Source of the DNA: Clostridia bacterium
GTDB taxonomy: Bacteria > Bacillota > Clostridia > DUPQ01
DNA length: 48,441 nt
Direction: 5' to 3'
Assembly (NCBI GenBank): GCA_030590175.1
Contig: JAUUZE010000001.1
Coordinates: 1-48,441, forward strand
This document shows positions 1-8,640 of the stretch, in pieces. The number at the start of each line of letters is the position of its first letter. Position 1 is the first letter of the stretch. The position numbers and the translations under genes were made by a program. The notes under the pieces were generated by a model. The model did no database searches and was not told the origin of the DNA. It worked only from the letters and a program-made list of their open reading frames with translations.

Positions 1-123
1 ATCTAATTCAGAATTTCTATAATCAAAACTAACATAAAGAGTTCCGCTAACATCTGTCTCAAGTTCAACTTTATGAATAGTTTTACTTCGTCTGGTTTCA
101 AAATCTAAGATATCAAAGGTTGT
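1..123. repeat. Direct repeat copy 1 of 2 (identical to 46837-46959); marks the permutation / terminal-redundancy point of the phage sequence
   Basis: Base-by-base comparison gives 1-123 = 46837-46959 (123/123). Identity ends at 124 (t) versus 46960 (g). The repeat could extend left of the window. Confidence 0.9.
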
Positions 124-1164
124 TTCAAGAGCTGGAATAATTATACTACTATCTGAAGACATAAAATAATCTACTCCATCTTGATGTCCAATACTCGTAA
201 TTGTTGTAGGCCCAGAACCTAAACTATTATCTTTAGTATTATAAATAAATCCAACAGCTCCATCACAGATATAAATTAAATTATTAATCTCGTCAAATGA
301 CATTATTAAATTACTGTTTAATGTTTTTAAATATTCTGAAAAATCTAGAACTTTAACTCCTTCACCTGTTATAATACATAGTTTATTATTAACATCTATA
401 AAATATTGCCCTGTCAATGTTTCAATTACACTATTTTTACCTTTAATTCCAGTTTTATAAATAGTCTTTGGCATATAAGTATTTACTTCTGGAACATCCT
501 GATCATATCGACTTTGTTTATTTTGAGTAGGTGTGATTATAGTAATACCATTAGCACCATAAACTATAGCACCACTATCAATTTTTATAATCTTATAAAT
601 CATCCCAGACCATGGCATAGGTCTTTTACCAGCTAGATTAGCATTACTCAAGGTAAAATCAAGATTACCTAAGCCACTCCACTTAATAAAATTTTCTTCT
701 CCAGGATTTATATAAGTATCAGAATAATTAATATTAAGATTAATATTTATAGCAGTATCAGCACTAATAAATACAGCTTCAATACCAGTACCATGAAGAG
801 TTAATGAAATACCTATTGGATCAGAAGCAACTGATATATCAATTATCTCACCAGCAATATTGATATATAATGCTATAACCCCTCGATCTGGATTACCGGC
901 ACTATCAACATCACCACAATCAAAATAAGTATCAAGATCTGGATTAGGATCAACTATAGGTCCAAGATTAAAAAGTCTTCTTGAAATTTCATCGACATTA
1001 ATACTATCATTAACACTAATATAAAGTGTATCAGTCCAAACAGATACATCTTCAGAAATATTAATACGATCAATAACATCTCCAAACGAATGTTCTACTT
1101 TAACTAAAACATCTTCATTAATACTAATGTCATTATTAATATTTTGTATAGGAATACTAGCCAT
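1..1164 (-). CDS. Tail fibre/spike-like virion protein, N-terminal 388 codons; 3' end cut by the window edge, with the remaining 51 codons plus stop at 46681-46836
   Basis: Absent from the ORF track because it is open at the edge. ATG 1164-1162 is preceded by AAGGA. My translation (MASIPIQNINNDISINEDV...) has no stop down to base 1. The frame continues through the repeat into 46836-46681. Confidence 0.75.
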   Translation of the reverse strand, partial: MASIPIQNINNDISINEDVLVKVEHSFGDVIDRINISEDVSVWTDTLYISVNDSINVDEISRRLFNLGPIVDPNPDLDTYFDCGDVDSAGNPDRGVIALYINIAGEIIDISVASDPIGISLTLHGTGIEAVFISADTAININLNINYSDTYINPGEENFIKWSGLGNLDFTLSNANLAGKRPMPWSGMIYKIIKIDSGAIVYGANGITIITPTQNKQSRYDQDVPEVNTYMPKTIYKTGIKGKNSVIETLTGQYFIDVNNKLCIITGEGVKVLDFSEYLKTLNSNLIMSFDEINNLIYICDGAVGFIYNTKDNSLGSGPTTITSIGHQDGVDYFMSSDSSIIIPALETTFDILDFETRRSKTIHKVELETDVSGTLYVSFDYRNSELD

Positions 1165-1173
1165 AATAATTCC

Positions 1174-1608
1174 TTATGTTGCTACAGATATTCTTACTTC
1201 TGGATTAGCTATTGTAAAAATTCCACCTGAGGCCTGTGTCCGTTCAGTTGTAAAATCTATATAGCCAACAACAGGATCACTTGCAACACTATCATCAATG
1301 ATAATAGCTCCTGGTGTAGGACCTATATTACCTCCACTTGCCGTCCAATTAGGATCATCCCAAGTTATTTCAGTCCGATTATCAGTATCATCTTCTGTAA
1401 CTATAACCCCAGTTAAAACTTTATCATTCTGTGTATAACCATTTCCAGTAGCAAGTTCAGATGAACTTATATCAGCATAATATGAATGAGAATCTTGATC
1501 AAATACATATCCTGTTGCCATTAATATTATTTTAAAACTATCATTAGCAAAATCTATTTGCTTTGTAGCAAGTAAATAAGCTATTTTATTTGTTGCTAGT
1601 GTTGTCAT
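1174..1608 (-). CDS. Hypothetical virion-module protein (144 aa)
   Basis: ORF track entry, co-oriented and tightly packed in the structural arm. Palindrome copy 1 lies 18 nt upstream of its start. Confidence 0.7.
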   Translation of the reverse strand: MTTLATNKIAYLLATKQIDFANDSFKIILMATGYVFDQDSHSYYADISSSELATGNGYTQNDKVLTGVIVTEDDTDNRTEITWDDPNWTASGGNIGPTPGAIIIDDSVASDPVVGYIDFTTERTQASGGIFTIANPEVRISVAT

Positions 1609-1626
1609 TAGTCTTCTCCATAACCC

Positions 1627-1647
1627 TTTGATGATTAAATCATCAAA
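1627..1647. repeat. Conserved palindrome copy 1 (TTTGATGAT-TAA-ATCATCAAA)
   Basis: Perfect 9+3+9 palindrome, stem extended by CC/GG. Lies between the stop at 1654 and the start at 1608. Confidence 0.95.
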
Positions 1648-1653
1648 GGAAAT

Positions 1654-2913
1654 TTAACCCCAATCATAAACTCCATCCCAGTTTATTGCCATACTATGCA
1701 TAGCTCCCATATCAGCAGCTAGCCAAAGATCACTACCTATACGTTCAAAAGCTGATCTTGGACCTTTATCTCCTAAACCAAGTTCACCATTATTATTATA
1801 ACCAGTTCCCCACATCTCACCATTTGTCTTTATAGCAAGAGTATTAGTTCTTTTATTAGCAACAGATTCCCACCCTGTTCCATCAAGCTGAACAAAAGAT
1901 GTTTCATCACCACCACCAGGAAGTCCCATTAAGTTATACTGATTACTTCCAGCTGCCCACATAATTCCACTATTTTTGATTAGAAATGATGAACCACTAT
2001 ATGCAGTTGAATAGTAACCACCACACTCAATAAAAGCATTATCTCTGCCAGCATCACTTATTTGAACAAAACTTTCTGTAGGAGTTGTATTTCCTATTCC
2101 GAACTGTCCATCATTATTTGAACCTGTCATCCATACTGAACCATCTATTCCAATAACGCCAGTAAAATAATAACCACAACTTACTTGTGAAACACTATTT
2201 AATGCACCTGTTAATACATCCCGCTTAAGTGTATCACCAAGTCCTAATGCTCCTTGATAACTATTTCCACAACTATAAAGATTACCAGCAGAATTTAATG
2301 CCATCGTAAAATAACTACCAGTTTTAACACTTATCCAATTTGATGCTGTTCCTACTTGTTCCCATGTATTTCTATTAGTTGCACCACCTAAACCAAGTTG
2401 TCCATAATTATTATAGCCTGTAGCCCAGAGTGTTCCATCATTTTTAATTGCTAAAGAATGTGTATATATAGGAGATGTAGAAACATCCGTCCAAATACCA
2501 GATATTTGCTCCCAAGATGTTCTTGCAATCTCATCACCAAGTCCAAGACATCCATGCTGGTTTGCACCTATTCCCCACATAGCTCCATAATTTGTTATAA
2601 TAAGTGTATGAGAACCTCCAGCCGAAACTTTTTTATAATAAGTATCATTAACAATCTTATCAAATACAACTCTATTTAATGCATCACCAGTAACTCCAGG
2701 TGCACTATTTCCCATTCTATGATTTAAGCCATACCCAGAACCATAAAGTGTTCCACCAGGAGGTTTAACCTGATCAGTCGAGGGTAATTCTACTGGCCAA
2801 TAACCACAAGGATAATGTTTATCTGTACGTCCTGGTTCATCTGTATGAAATGGATTATTAATATAGCCACCATCTTTATACATTTTTGAAAGTGGCCAAG
2901 TTGGATTACTCAT
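1654..2913 (-). CDS. RCC1-repeat (beta-propeller) protein, probable receptor-binding/tail-associated
   Basis: Repeated motifs of the form G..W..G.N..GQLGLG recur about 7 times (e.g. GTLWATGYNNYGQLGLG, GEMWGTGYNNNGELGLGD). These are typical of RCC1/BLIP-II propellers. Confidence 0.75.
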   Translation of the reverse strand: MSNPTWPLSKMYKDGGYINNPFHTDEPGRTDKHYPCGYWPVELPSTDQVKPPGGTLYGSGYGLNHRMGNSAPGVTGDALNRVVFDKIVNDTYYKKVSAGGSHTLIITNYGAMWGIGANQHGCLGLGDEIARTSWEQISGIWTDVSTSPIYTHSLAIKNDGTLWATGYNNYGQLGLGGATNRNTWEQVGTASNWISVKTGSYFTMALNSAGNLYSCGNSYQGALGLGDTLKRDVLTGALNSVSQVSCGYYFTGVIGIDGSVWMTGSNNDGQFGIGNTTPTESFVQISDAGRDNAFIECGGYYSTAYSGSSFLIKNSGIMWAAGSNQYNLMGLPGGGDETSFVQLDGTGWESVANKRTNTLAIKTNGEMWGTGYNNNGELGLGDKGPRSAFERIGSDLWLAADMGAMHSMAINWDGVYDWG

Positions 2914-2915
2914 AA

Positions 2916-3410
2916 TTAAACTCCTACATCAGGTGAACCTACAATAACCTGTCCTTTATAATTACAAATAGCTGAAGCTTTTGGAAGATCAGTATTAATA
3001 CTATATTGTTGTGTTACTGGCGAACGAACTACAACAACATTACTATTACTCATATAAATATAATCTCGAAAATCTACAGCATCCCATGTTGAACCAACTG
3101 TAAGTCCTGATATTTTAGAAACTAAACTTCCATCAACCAGTTCAAATATCTCAGTTTCACCACAAACTATAATATGATTTATAAAAATAAATGCTTGTGG
3201 ATAAGGAAATGCATCAGTTATAACACTTGTATCAATACTTGATAAACTATCTAATGCCCATAAAAGATTATCTCTACCAACAGCTCCAGAACAACTAACC
3301 ATATAACCAGAATTTCTTCCAACTCTTTCAACTGGTCGAAGTCCTTTTTGTAAGTCACTTCCATCAATTGTAAGCATAAATCTTTTATTTCTATTAGTAT
3401 CAAGTTTCAT
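2916..3410 (-). CDS. Hypothetical virion-module protein (164 aa)
   Basis: ORF track entry. Its start overlaps the stop of the upstream gene (ATGA-type coupling at 3410). Confidence 0.65.
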   Translation of the reverse strand: MKLDTNRNKRFMLTIDGSDLQKGLRPVERVGRNSGYMVSCSGAVGRDNLLWALDSLSSIDTSVITDAFPYPQAFIFINHIIVCGETEIFELVDGSLVSKISGLTVGSTWDAVDFRDYIYMSNSNVVVVRSPVTQQYSINTDLPKASAICNYKGQVIVGSPDVGV

Positions 3411-3769
3411 TAGATATTTCCATTATAATTAAGTTTTAATTCTGAACGATTAGGAATATGATTTACATCTAATTTATTAACTACTCCCATTCTTTCTTTA
3501 ATTATTGGAATAGCTTTTTTAATAACCTCTTCATACTCAAGTCCAGGATTATCACCATCTATTTCCTCCAAAATATGAGCAACCAGGGATTTATTATTTT
3601 TAAATTCTGGATATTCAGAATATAATTTAACATTAAGTTTGCTCAACGTTGCCTGTGATGTCATTAAGTTTCCAATAATATCAGGAAGTTTTAAAAAAAT
3701 CTGTTCAATTATTTCATTTTTAAGAATCTCTCTTTCTTCATTATTCATAGCCATCTCCCATTTCTTCAA
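3410..3769 (-). CDS. Hypothetical protein (119 aa; true start may be the ATG at 3748)
   Basis: ORF track entry. It overlaps 3741..4469 by 29 nt, and the internal ATGs at 3754 or 3748 would give a conventional short overlap. Confidence 0.6.
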   Translation of the reverse strand: MKKWEMAMNNEEREILKNEIIEQIFLKLPDIIGNLMTSQATLSKLNVKLYSEYPEFKNNKSLVAHILEEIDGDNPGLEYEEVIKKAIPIIKERMGVVNKLDVNHIPNRSELKLNYNGNI

Positions 3770-4469
3770 TATCAGTCATTTTTTCCTCAACTATATCCAT
3801 ATCAATATCAATTAGATCTTTTCTTATAATTTCTTCCCATTCGCCTCTTGCTTTTATATTTCGATAAGATATTTCAACCTGTCGAAGTGCAGCAGTTATA
3901 AGAGTTGAAGGAGTTTCAATAGACCAAAAATTTTCATCAGCATCAAGAGTTAATTTTTTCTGATAAAATTTTCCAAAAATCTCGATATCAAAAGCTTCAT
4001 CAACTGGAGGTAGAATTAATATTCCTCGATAATCATAGCTAGATGACTTTGTATAATTGATGAAGATTCCAATACTATCTTTATCAGCTACATCAATCTC
4101 CCTAAGTTTTGCTAGAGTATAATATAAAGGTGCACCAGTAGAAATATCAGCAATAGGACTATCATATAAATCCCTTAATTCATCCCAATCTACTTTTTCA
4201 AGGTGAACTCTATCAGTAGCATTATTCGCCCAGACATCTTTAATAACTCTACAACGCTCTTGAAATTCAATATAATAATCATCAGGAAAAATAGTTTTAA
4301 TTATTCTACCTTCAGATTCTGGAACAACCACTCCCTGTCGATCAAGATAATCTTGACCAGAATTGATAAAATAATCTGCACCATTATCAGCATATGAAGT
4401 AGTATCAATAACTAAATCATATCGACCACTTTGTTTAACAAATTCAGTTCTAATTTCAAGTAGATCCAT
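3741..4469 (-). CDS. Hypothetical virion protein (242 aa)
   Basis: ORF track entry in the structural arm downstream of the capsid gene. Confidence 0.65.
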   Translation of the reverse strand: MDLLEIRTEFVKQSGRYDLVIDTTSYADNGADYFINSGQDYLDRQGVVVPESEGRIIKTIFPDDYYIEFQERCRVIKDVWANNATDRVHLEKVDWDELRDLYDSPIADISTGAPLYYTLAKLREIDVADKDSIGIFINYTKSSSYDYRGILILPPVDEAFDIEIFGKFYQKKLTLDADENFWSIETPSTLITAALRQVEISYRNIKARGEWEEIIRKDLIDIDMDIVEEKMTDIEEMGDGYE

Positions 4470-4478
4470 AATATTCCT

Positions 4479-4712
4479 TTAATATATTAAATCTAATTCC
4501 ATCCTAATATCAACATTTTGAATATCTTTAGGTTTTTCATGATTAGTAACTTCAATAGCTTCATCTTTCTTATTTCGTTTTCTTTGAATATCTATATAAC
4601 CTAATCGTATTCCATTAGTTTTTTCAAAATCAAATAAAAGTTTAGTTATATCCTTTTCTAATTTTATTTTATTTTTCTTAACATCATCGATAGTAATTTT
4701 ATTTTTACCCAT
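4479..4712 (-). CDS. Hypothetical Lys-rich protein (77 aa)
   Basis: ORF track entry. Palindrome copy 2 ends 9 nt upstream, and its AAAGGA flank is positioned like an SD. Confidence 0.55.
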   Translation of the reverse strand: MGKNKITIDDVKKNKIKLEKDITKLLFDFEKTNGIRLGYIDIQRKRNKKDEAIEVTNHEKPKDIQNVDIRMELDLIY

Positions 4713-4721
4713 AACATTTCC

Positions 4722-4742
4722 TTTGATGATTTAATCATCAAA
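4722..4742. repeat. Conserved palindrome copy 2 (centre TTA)
   Basis: Perfect core. Adjacent to a small GGGAG/CTCCC hairpin at 4743-4758. Confidence 0.95.
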
Positions 4743-4781
4743 GGGAGATTTTACTCCCCTGATGACAATTAAAGATTAATT

Positions 4782-4994
4782 TTATAGATTAGATCTATCT
4801 TTAATAAAGTCTCTTTTAAGTTTTTGATGTCGTTTTTTCATCTTAGCTGCTCCACTAGCTGATCCAGTTTTTTTAAGTCTATATTTATAAGCACCAAATT
4901 CTGCCTGTACTTCTTCCTCACTAGTTCTTTGATATTTAGGAACACGTTTAGCTGTTTTTTTAGATATATCTTTTCTCCTCATAATAACCTCCAA
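4782..4994 (-). CDS. Small highly basic protein (70 aa)
   Basis: ORF track entry, K/R-rich, immediately downstream of the capsid gene and its hairpin. Confidence 0.55.
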   Translation of the reverse strand: MEVIMRRKDISKKTAKRVPKYQRTSEEEVQAEFGAYKYRLKKTGSASGAAKMKKRHQKLKRDFIKDRSNL

Positions 4995-5062
4995 TAAATT
5001 AAGTTTAACTTTATATTAATAATATCTTTTTGATGAAAAATTACTATAGAAATTAACTCCCC

Positions 5063-5083
5063 TATGATGATTAAATCATCAAA
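5063..5083. repeat. Conserved palindrome copy 3 (variant TATGATGAT-TAA-ATCATCAAA), core of an extended 17-bp-stem hairpin at 5055-5091
   Basis: AACTCCCCTATGATGAT TAA ATCATCAAAGGGGAGTT has one A.A mismatch. It starts 9 nt after the capsid gene stop (5100) in the mRNA sense. Confidence 0.95.
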
Positions 5084-5099
5084 GGGGAGTTAAAATAAT

Positions 5100-6383
5100 C
5101 TATGGAGTTCCATTATCAGAATTAAAACCATTAAGAAATGCACAAGTGCTAGCATGATGAAACTCTAATCCACATTCAGTCAAATACTCCTCATCAGTTC
5201 CATCAATTCTATTCCGACCAGTATTCTTTTTATCAGGATCATCATAAAAAGTAGTGTCGGTAATAAAGCGATATTTAACATTCTTTGGTTCAAAACAAAC
5301 CATAGAATTACGATTAGTAACTTCATAACTAAATAATGGATGCCGCTTCATATGAATAACACCAAAAGGAGTTGTCCATGTAGTTACATTAATTCCATAA
5401 TCTTTAGTCTGAGCACTAAATTCAAAATTACCATATTCCTTAACCAGTTTGTTAATTCCCAGAATAACTCCGCTACCACAGAATGCCATTCGTTCATCAG
5501 AACCATAACGAAACATTTCCTCGAGCTGAGTATCCAACCATTCCTCACCACTAGCAAGCCAAGATGTATCGGTAAAATCTGTATTACTGGTAAAGTCATC
5601 ATTGATTCCACTATTGGCAACCAGATAAGGAACTATTCCCCAAGTAGTTCTTTCAGGTTTACCATTAGAACCTGTTGATTCCAGACCATATCCCCAGATA
5701 AAAGCTTTCTCCATTTCAATACCATGAAGTTCAAGAGCTTCTCGTTTAGCCTCTTTATATTGATCACCAGTACGAAGACGAGTAAGACGAGCAGTACGTG
5801 TGATGCTTAAAGGAGTTCTAAAAATCTGAGTATAATTTGTCCGTTTGGTAGGATCATATGCAATAGAATCTGGCATTGTATCACCCTCAGAATTAACACT
5901 ACCAATAACTAAAATTCTATTACAGTCAGCAAGTCCAGTTGTTGTCGGATCAGCCTGAATCAATTTACATGCTATATAAGAACTAGCACCATTTGAAAGT
6001 GTCCCAACAACTTTAGCAACAGTATCATCAAGATAATTAGCAGTATTTCTAAGTAATACCTCATGACCAGCCCGAAACTCAGCAGCTACAGCAGCAGCAC
6101 AAGCAGCATAAATAACATCACCTACAGCACCCCCAGTTGTATATTCAGTAGAACTAAGATCAGGAGTCAACCAAATACTAGAAACCGTCCCACTCTGTGA
6201 TGGCAGACTCTTCTCCCACCAGTTAAATTCAGGATCATCAACTTTCTCACTACCCATCATAGAAAGAATACCTGTTAAAGGCATCTCACCATTTGGATAG
6301 AGATAAAGCATCGTCTCCCTCCAATTTTTAGGTCTTTGATCTGTAACCCAATCTCCGTTTCCCCTCATTCCTAAAAAAGCCAT
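5100..6383 (-). CDS. Major capsid protein candidate (427 aa)
   Basis: Called from size and position (terminase-portal-scaffold-...-this ORF). It has a strong SD (GGAGAT) and the longest hairpin of the genome just downstream. No family motif was recognised by eye. Confidence 0.55.
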   Translation of the reverse strand: MAFLGMRGNGDWVTDQRPKNWRETMLYLYPNGEMPLTGILSMMGSEKVDDPEFNWWEKSLPSQSGTVSSIWLTPDLSSTEYTTGGAVGDVIYAACAAAVAAEFRAGHEVLLRNTANYLDDTVAKVVGTLSNGASSYIACKLIQADPTTTGLADCNRILVIGSVNSEGDTMPDSIAYDPTKRTNYTQIFRTPLSITRTARLTRLRTGDQYKEAKREALELHGIEMEKAFIWGYGLESTGSNGKPERTTWGIVPYLVANSGINDDFTSNTDFTDTSWLASGEEWLDTQLEEMFRYGSDERMAFCGSGVILGINKLVKEYGNFEFSAQTKDYGINVTTWTTPFGVIHMKRHPLFSYEVTNRNSMVCFEPKNVKYRFITDTTFYDDPDKKNTGRNRIDGTDEEYLTECGLEFHHASTCAFLNGFNSDNGTP

Positions 6384-6440
6384 AATATTTATCTCCTTCT
6401 TTAGCCTAAACTAAATTTAAATTTAAATTAAAATTCTATT

Positions 6441-7019
6441 CTACACCATTACTCCAGCACCAATGCGTTCATAAATAGCATACCAATTTATCTGTCCGGT
6501 TGAAGCAGCTCCATAAGTTACTAATATATCTCCAGGCATCAAAATAACTCCTGGAGCTTGAATATCAGTAGCTTCAAAAGCATCTAACAATGCAATAACA
6601 TCTTCACTAAAATCCTTTGTCCAACGATAGACTGTACCAGTTACATCACCAGTAGCATCTAAAGTATTACTTGACAAATCAACATTAGTGCCACCATCAT
6701 CCGGATCAAGATTAAGTTGTATTGTAGTTGCCTGAGCTTGAATAGCTGTTGTCGTAACTATTCCAAAAATTTCATGGACAAGTACAGGGCCTCCAGTTAT
6801 TGAAAAAAGATCTCCTGTTGCAAGTGGTGATACAACAGGTGTTGCAGCTACATATTCTCTTTGTCCAACTAACTGTTTTATATAGGCCATAAGAGACTCG
6901 GATGTACTTGGAGCTGCTGTAGCAGCTGCATCAGATTTATTCCCAACAACATGAGCCATCCATTTATTAGATGCACTATCTGCACCTGGCCTTCGTAATC
7001 TATCTAACCATCTACCCAT
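6441..7019 (-). CDS. Hypothetical Ala/Thr/Gly-rich virion protein (192 aa)
   Basis: ORF track entry between the scaffold and capsid genes. Palindrome copy 4 lies 15 nt upstream. Confidence 0.65.
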   Translation of the reverse strand: MGRWLDRLRRPGADSASNKWMAHVVGNKSDAAATAAPSTSESLMAYIKQLVGQREYVAATPVVSPLATGDLFSITGGPVLVHEIFGIVTTTAIQAQATTIQLNLDPDDGGTNVDLSSNTLDATGDVTGTVYRWTKDFSEDVIALLDAFEATDIQAPGVILMPGDILVTYGAASTGQINWYAIYERIGAGVMV

Positions 7020-7034
7020 ATTTATTACCTCCCC

Positions 7035-7055
7035 TTTGATGATTAAATCATCAAA
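7035..7055. repeat. Conserved palindrome copy 4 (centre TAA)
   Basis: Perfect core between the stop at 7068 and the start at 7019. Confidence 0.95.
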
Positions 7056-7067
7056 GCGATTATATTA

Positions 7068-7430
7068 TTAAGCTACACCATCAAGAATTACTCGCCATTT
7101 CAAACCATCAGAGTATAGCATAACGTGATCATCATCAGCATCAAGATCACCATATGTAGAAAATTCTGCCCCAGTTTCTTTCTCATAAACACTAATATCA
7201 CCAGCCGTAGATCCAGTTGGTGCACATATATAATAGTATTGTCCGATAGCCTCGTTCAAACTTGGCAAAGTAATAATAGCAGCAGCATCAGCTAGAGCCG
7301 TAATAGCAATAATATTATGTTCTGTCGGCTTCATCACATAAGGTGTATTAGTTGCTGTTATTGTAAGTCGAAGCATTTTGCCAGCGTTTGATTCTAGTGT
7401 TTCTCTTCCAATTCGTTCTGTTCTATCCAT
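7068..7430 (-). CDS. Hypothetical virion protein (120 aa)
   Basis: ORF track entry in the structural arm. Confidence 0.65.
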   Translation of the reverse strand: MDRTERIGRETLESNAGKMLRLTITATNTPYVMKPTEHNIIAITALADAAAIITLPSLNEAIGQYYYICAPTGSTAGDISVYEKETGAEFSTYGDLDADDDHVMLYSDGLKWRVILDGVA

Positions 7431-7448
7431 GATTATCCTCCCATTTAG

Positions 7449-8375
7449 TTAAAGTAATTCATCTATATCATTCTGCAATCTAGAAGTCTTAGTACTACTT
7501 TTTTGTTTATTAACTCCCTGAGACTTCTTAACAAAAGCAGGTTTTTTATTAGTTTTATTTTTATCTTTATCATCATTTACTATATTTTTCTTTATACCCA
7601 ACATTTCCCTTGTTCCTTCAGCAGCTTTAATAAAAACATCTTTTAAAATCATATTAGGATTTTTCTTAATTATATCAACAGCTACTGCTTGAACAGCACT
7701 TTTAACATTAGTAAGATCACTATTCTCAGTATAAAATGTATCAACTATTTTTTTCATTTCAAGGTGATTATCAGTATGAGTTCTAACATTCTCAGATAAA
7801 TTACCCTCATACTTATTTTTAAGTTTATCTTCTATTTTTTTAAGTGCTCTAGTTAAAACTTCATTAAAAACTTTTTTATCAGATACAACATTATCTATAT
7901 CTAAATCACCTATAAAATCATCAAGATCAATTTTAGCATCATTAGCATCATCAGCATCATCAACATCTTTAACAGCTTTTTTATTATCCTTATCTATTAA
8001 TTTTCCAGAAAGTTCATTAATCTTATCGACGAGTATTTGATTTTGTTTCTGCATTTCAACAAATTTATCATCAACAATAGTTTTATCACCATCAATAATA
8101 ATTTCATCTTCAACAATAGTTTTATTCTTATCTAATTCTTCTTCATCTTCTTCTTCCGTCTCAAATGTTGTATTCTCTTTTTTATCTTTTTCTTCTGTAT
8201 CCTCATTAATTTTTTCTTCATCAAGCTCTGTTTCATCATCATCCCCTTTTTCATCAATAGTAGAATCATCAATAATAAAATCTTCTGATAACATATCATC
8301 TATTTGTGCATTCTGATCAAATTCATCATCAAGATTAGTTTTATCATCTTCTACTACATCATTATCTTTATTCAT
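7449..8375 (-). CDS. Scaffolding protein candidate (308 aa, very acidic, low complexity)
   Basis: D/E/K-rich sequence with a coiled-coil-like composition. It lies between the portal and capsid genes, the usual scaffold position. Confidence 0.5.
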   Translation of the reverse strand: MNKDNDVVEDDKTNLDDEFDQNAQIDDMLSEDFIIDDSTIDEKGDDDETELDEEKINEDTEEKDKKENTTFETEEEDEEELDKNKTIVEDEIIIDGDKTIVDDKFVEMQKQNQILVDKINELSGKLIDKDNKKAVKDVDDADDANDAKIDLDDFIGDLDIDNVVSDKKVFNEVLTRALKKIEDKLKNKYEGNLSENVRTHTDNHLEMKKIVDTFYTENSDLTNVKSAVQAVAVDIIKKNPNMILKDVFIKAAEGTREMLGIKKNIVNDDKDKNKTNKKPAFVKKSQGVNKQKSSTKTSRLQNDIDELL

Positions 8376-8632
8376 TATTTTTTCTCCTTTTTTGTTTCTT
8401 CAAATTCAATATCAGCATTAATTGCTTCTATCTGTACCTCTGGCCATAAAATTAAATCTTTAAGAACTTCTCTACGTCCTTGACATCTATGAATATTAAC
8501 AATATTATCAGAACTACTCATAAGATCTTCTTGCTCAACTATAGATATTTTTAACATTTCCATAAAAGCTTTCCAAAAATTAGATTTTAATCCATCATCT
8601 AAATCACGTAAATTTAATTCTAATGTTTCCAT
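8375..8632 (-). CDS. Hypothetical protein (85 aa)
   Basis: ORF track entry. Its stop overlaps the start of the scaffold gene. Confidence 0.6.
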   Translation of the reverse strand: METLELNLRDLDDGLKSNFWKAFMEMLKISIVEQEDLMSSSDNIVNIHRCQGRREVLKDLILWPEVQIEAINADIEFEETKKEKK

Positions 8633-8640
8633 AAATCTCC

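Noticed and set aside
1-123. The 123-bp repeat considered as attL/attR of an integrated prophage
   Set aside because: No integrase, excisionase or tRNA target is visible. The repeat has phage-like composition and lies inside a phage structural gene, which it reconstitutes when circularised. This is not fully excluded, because the sequence left of base 1 is not visible.
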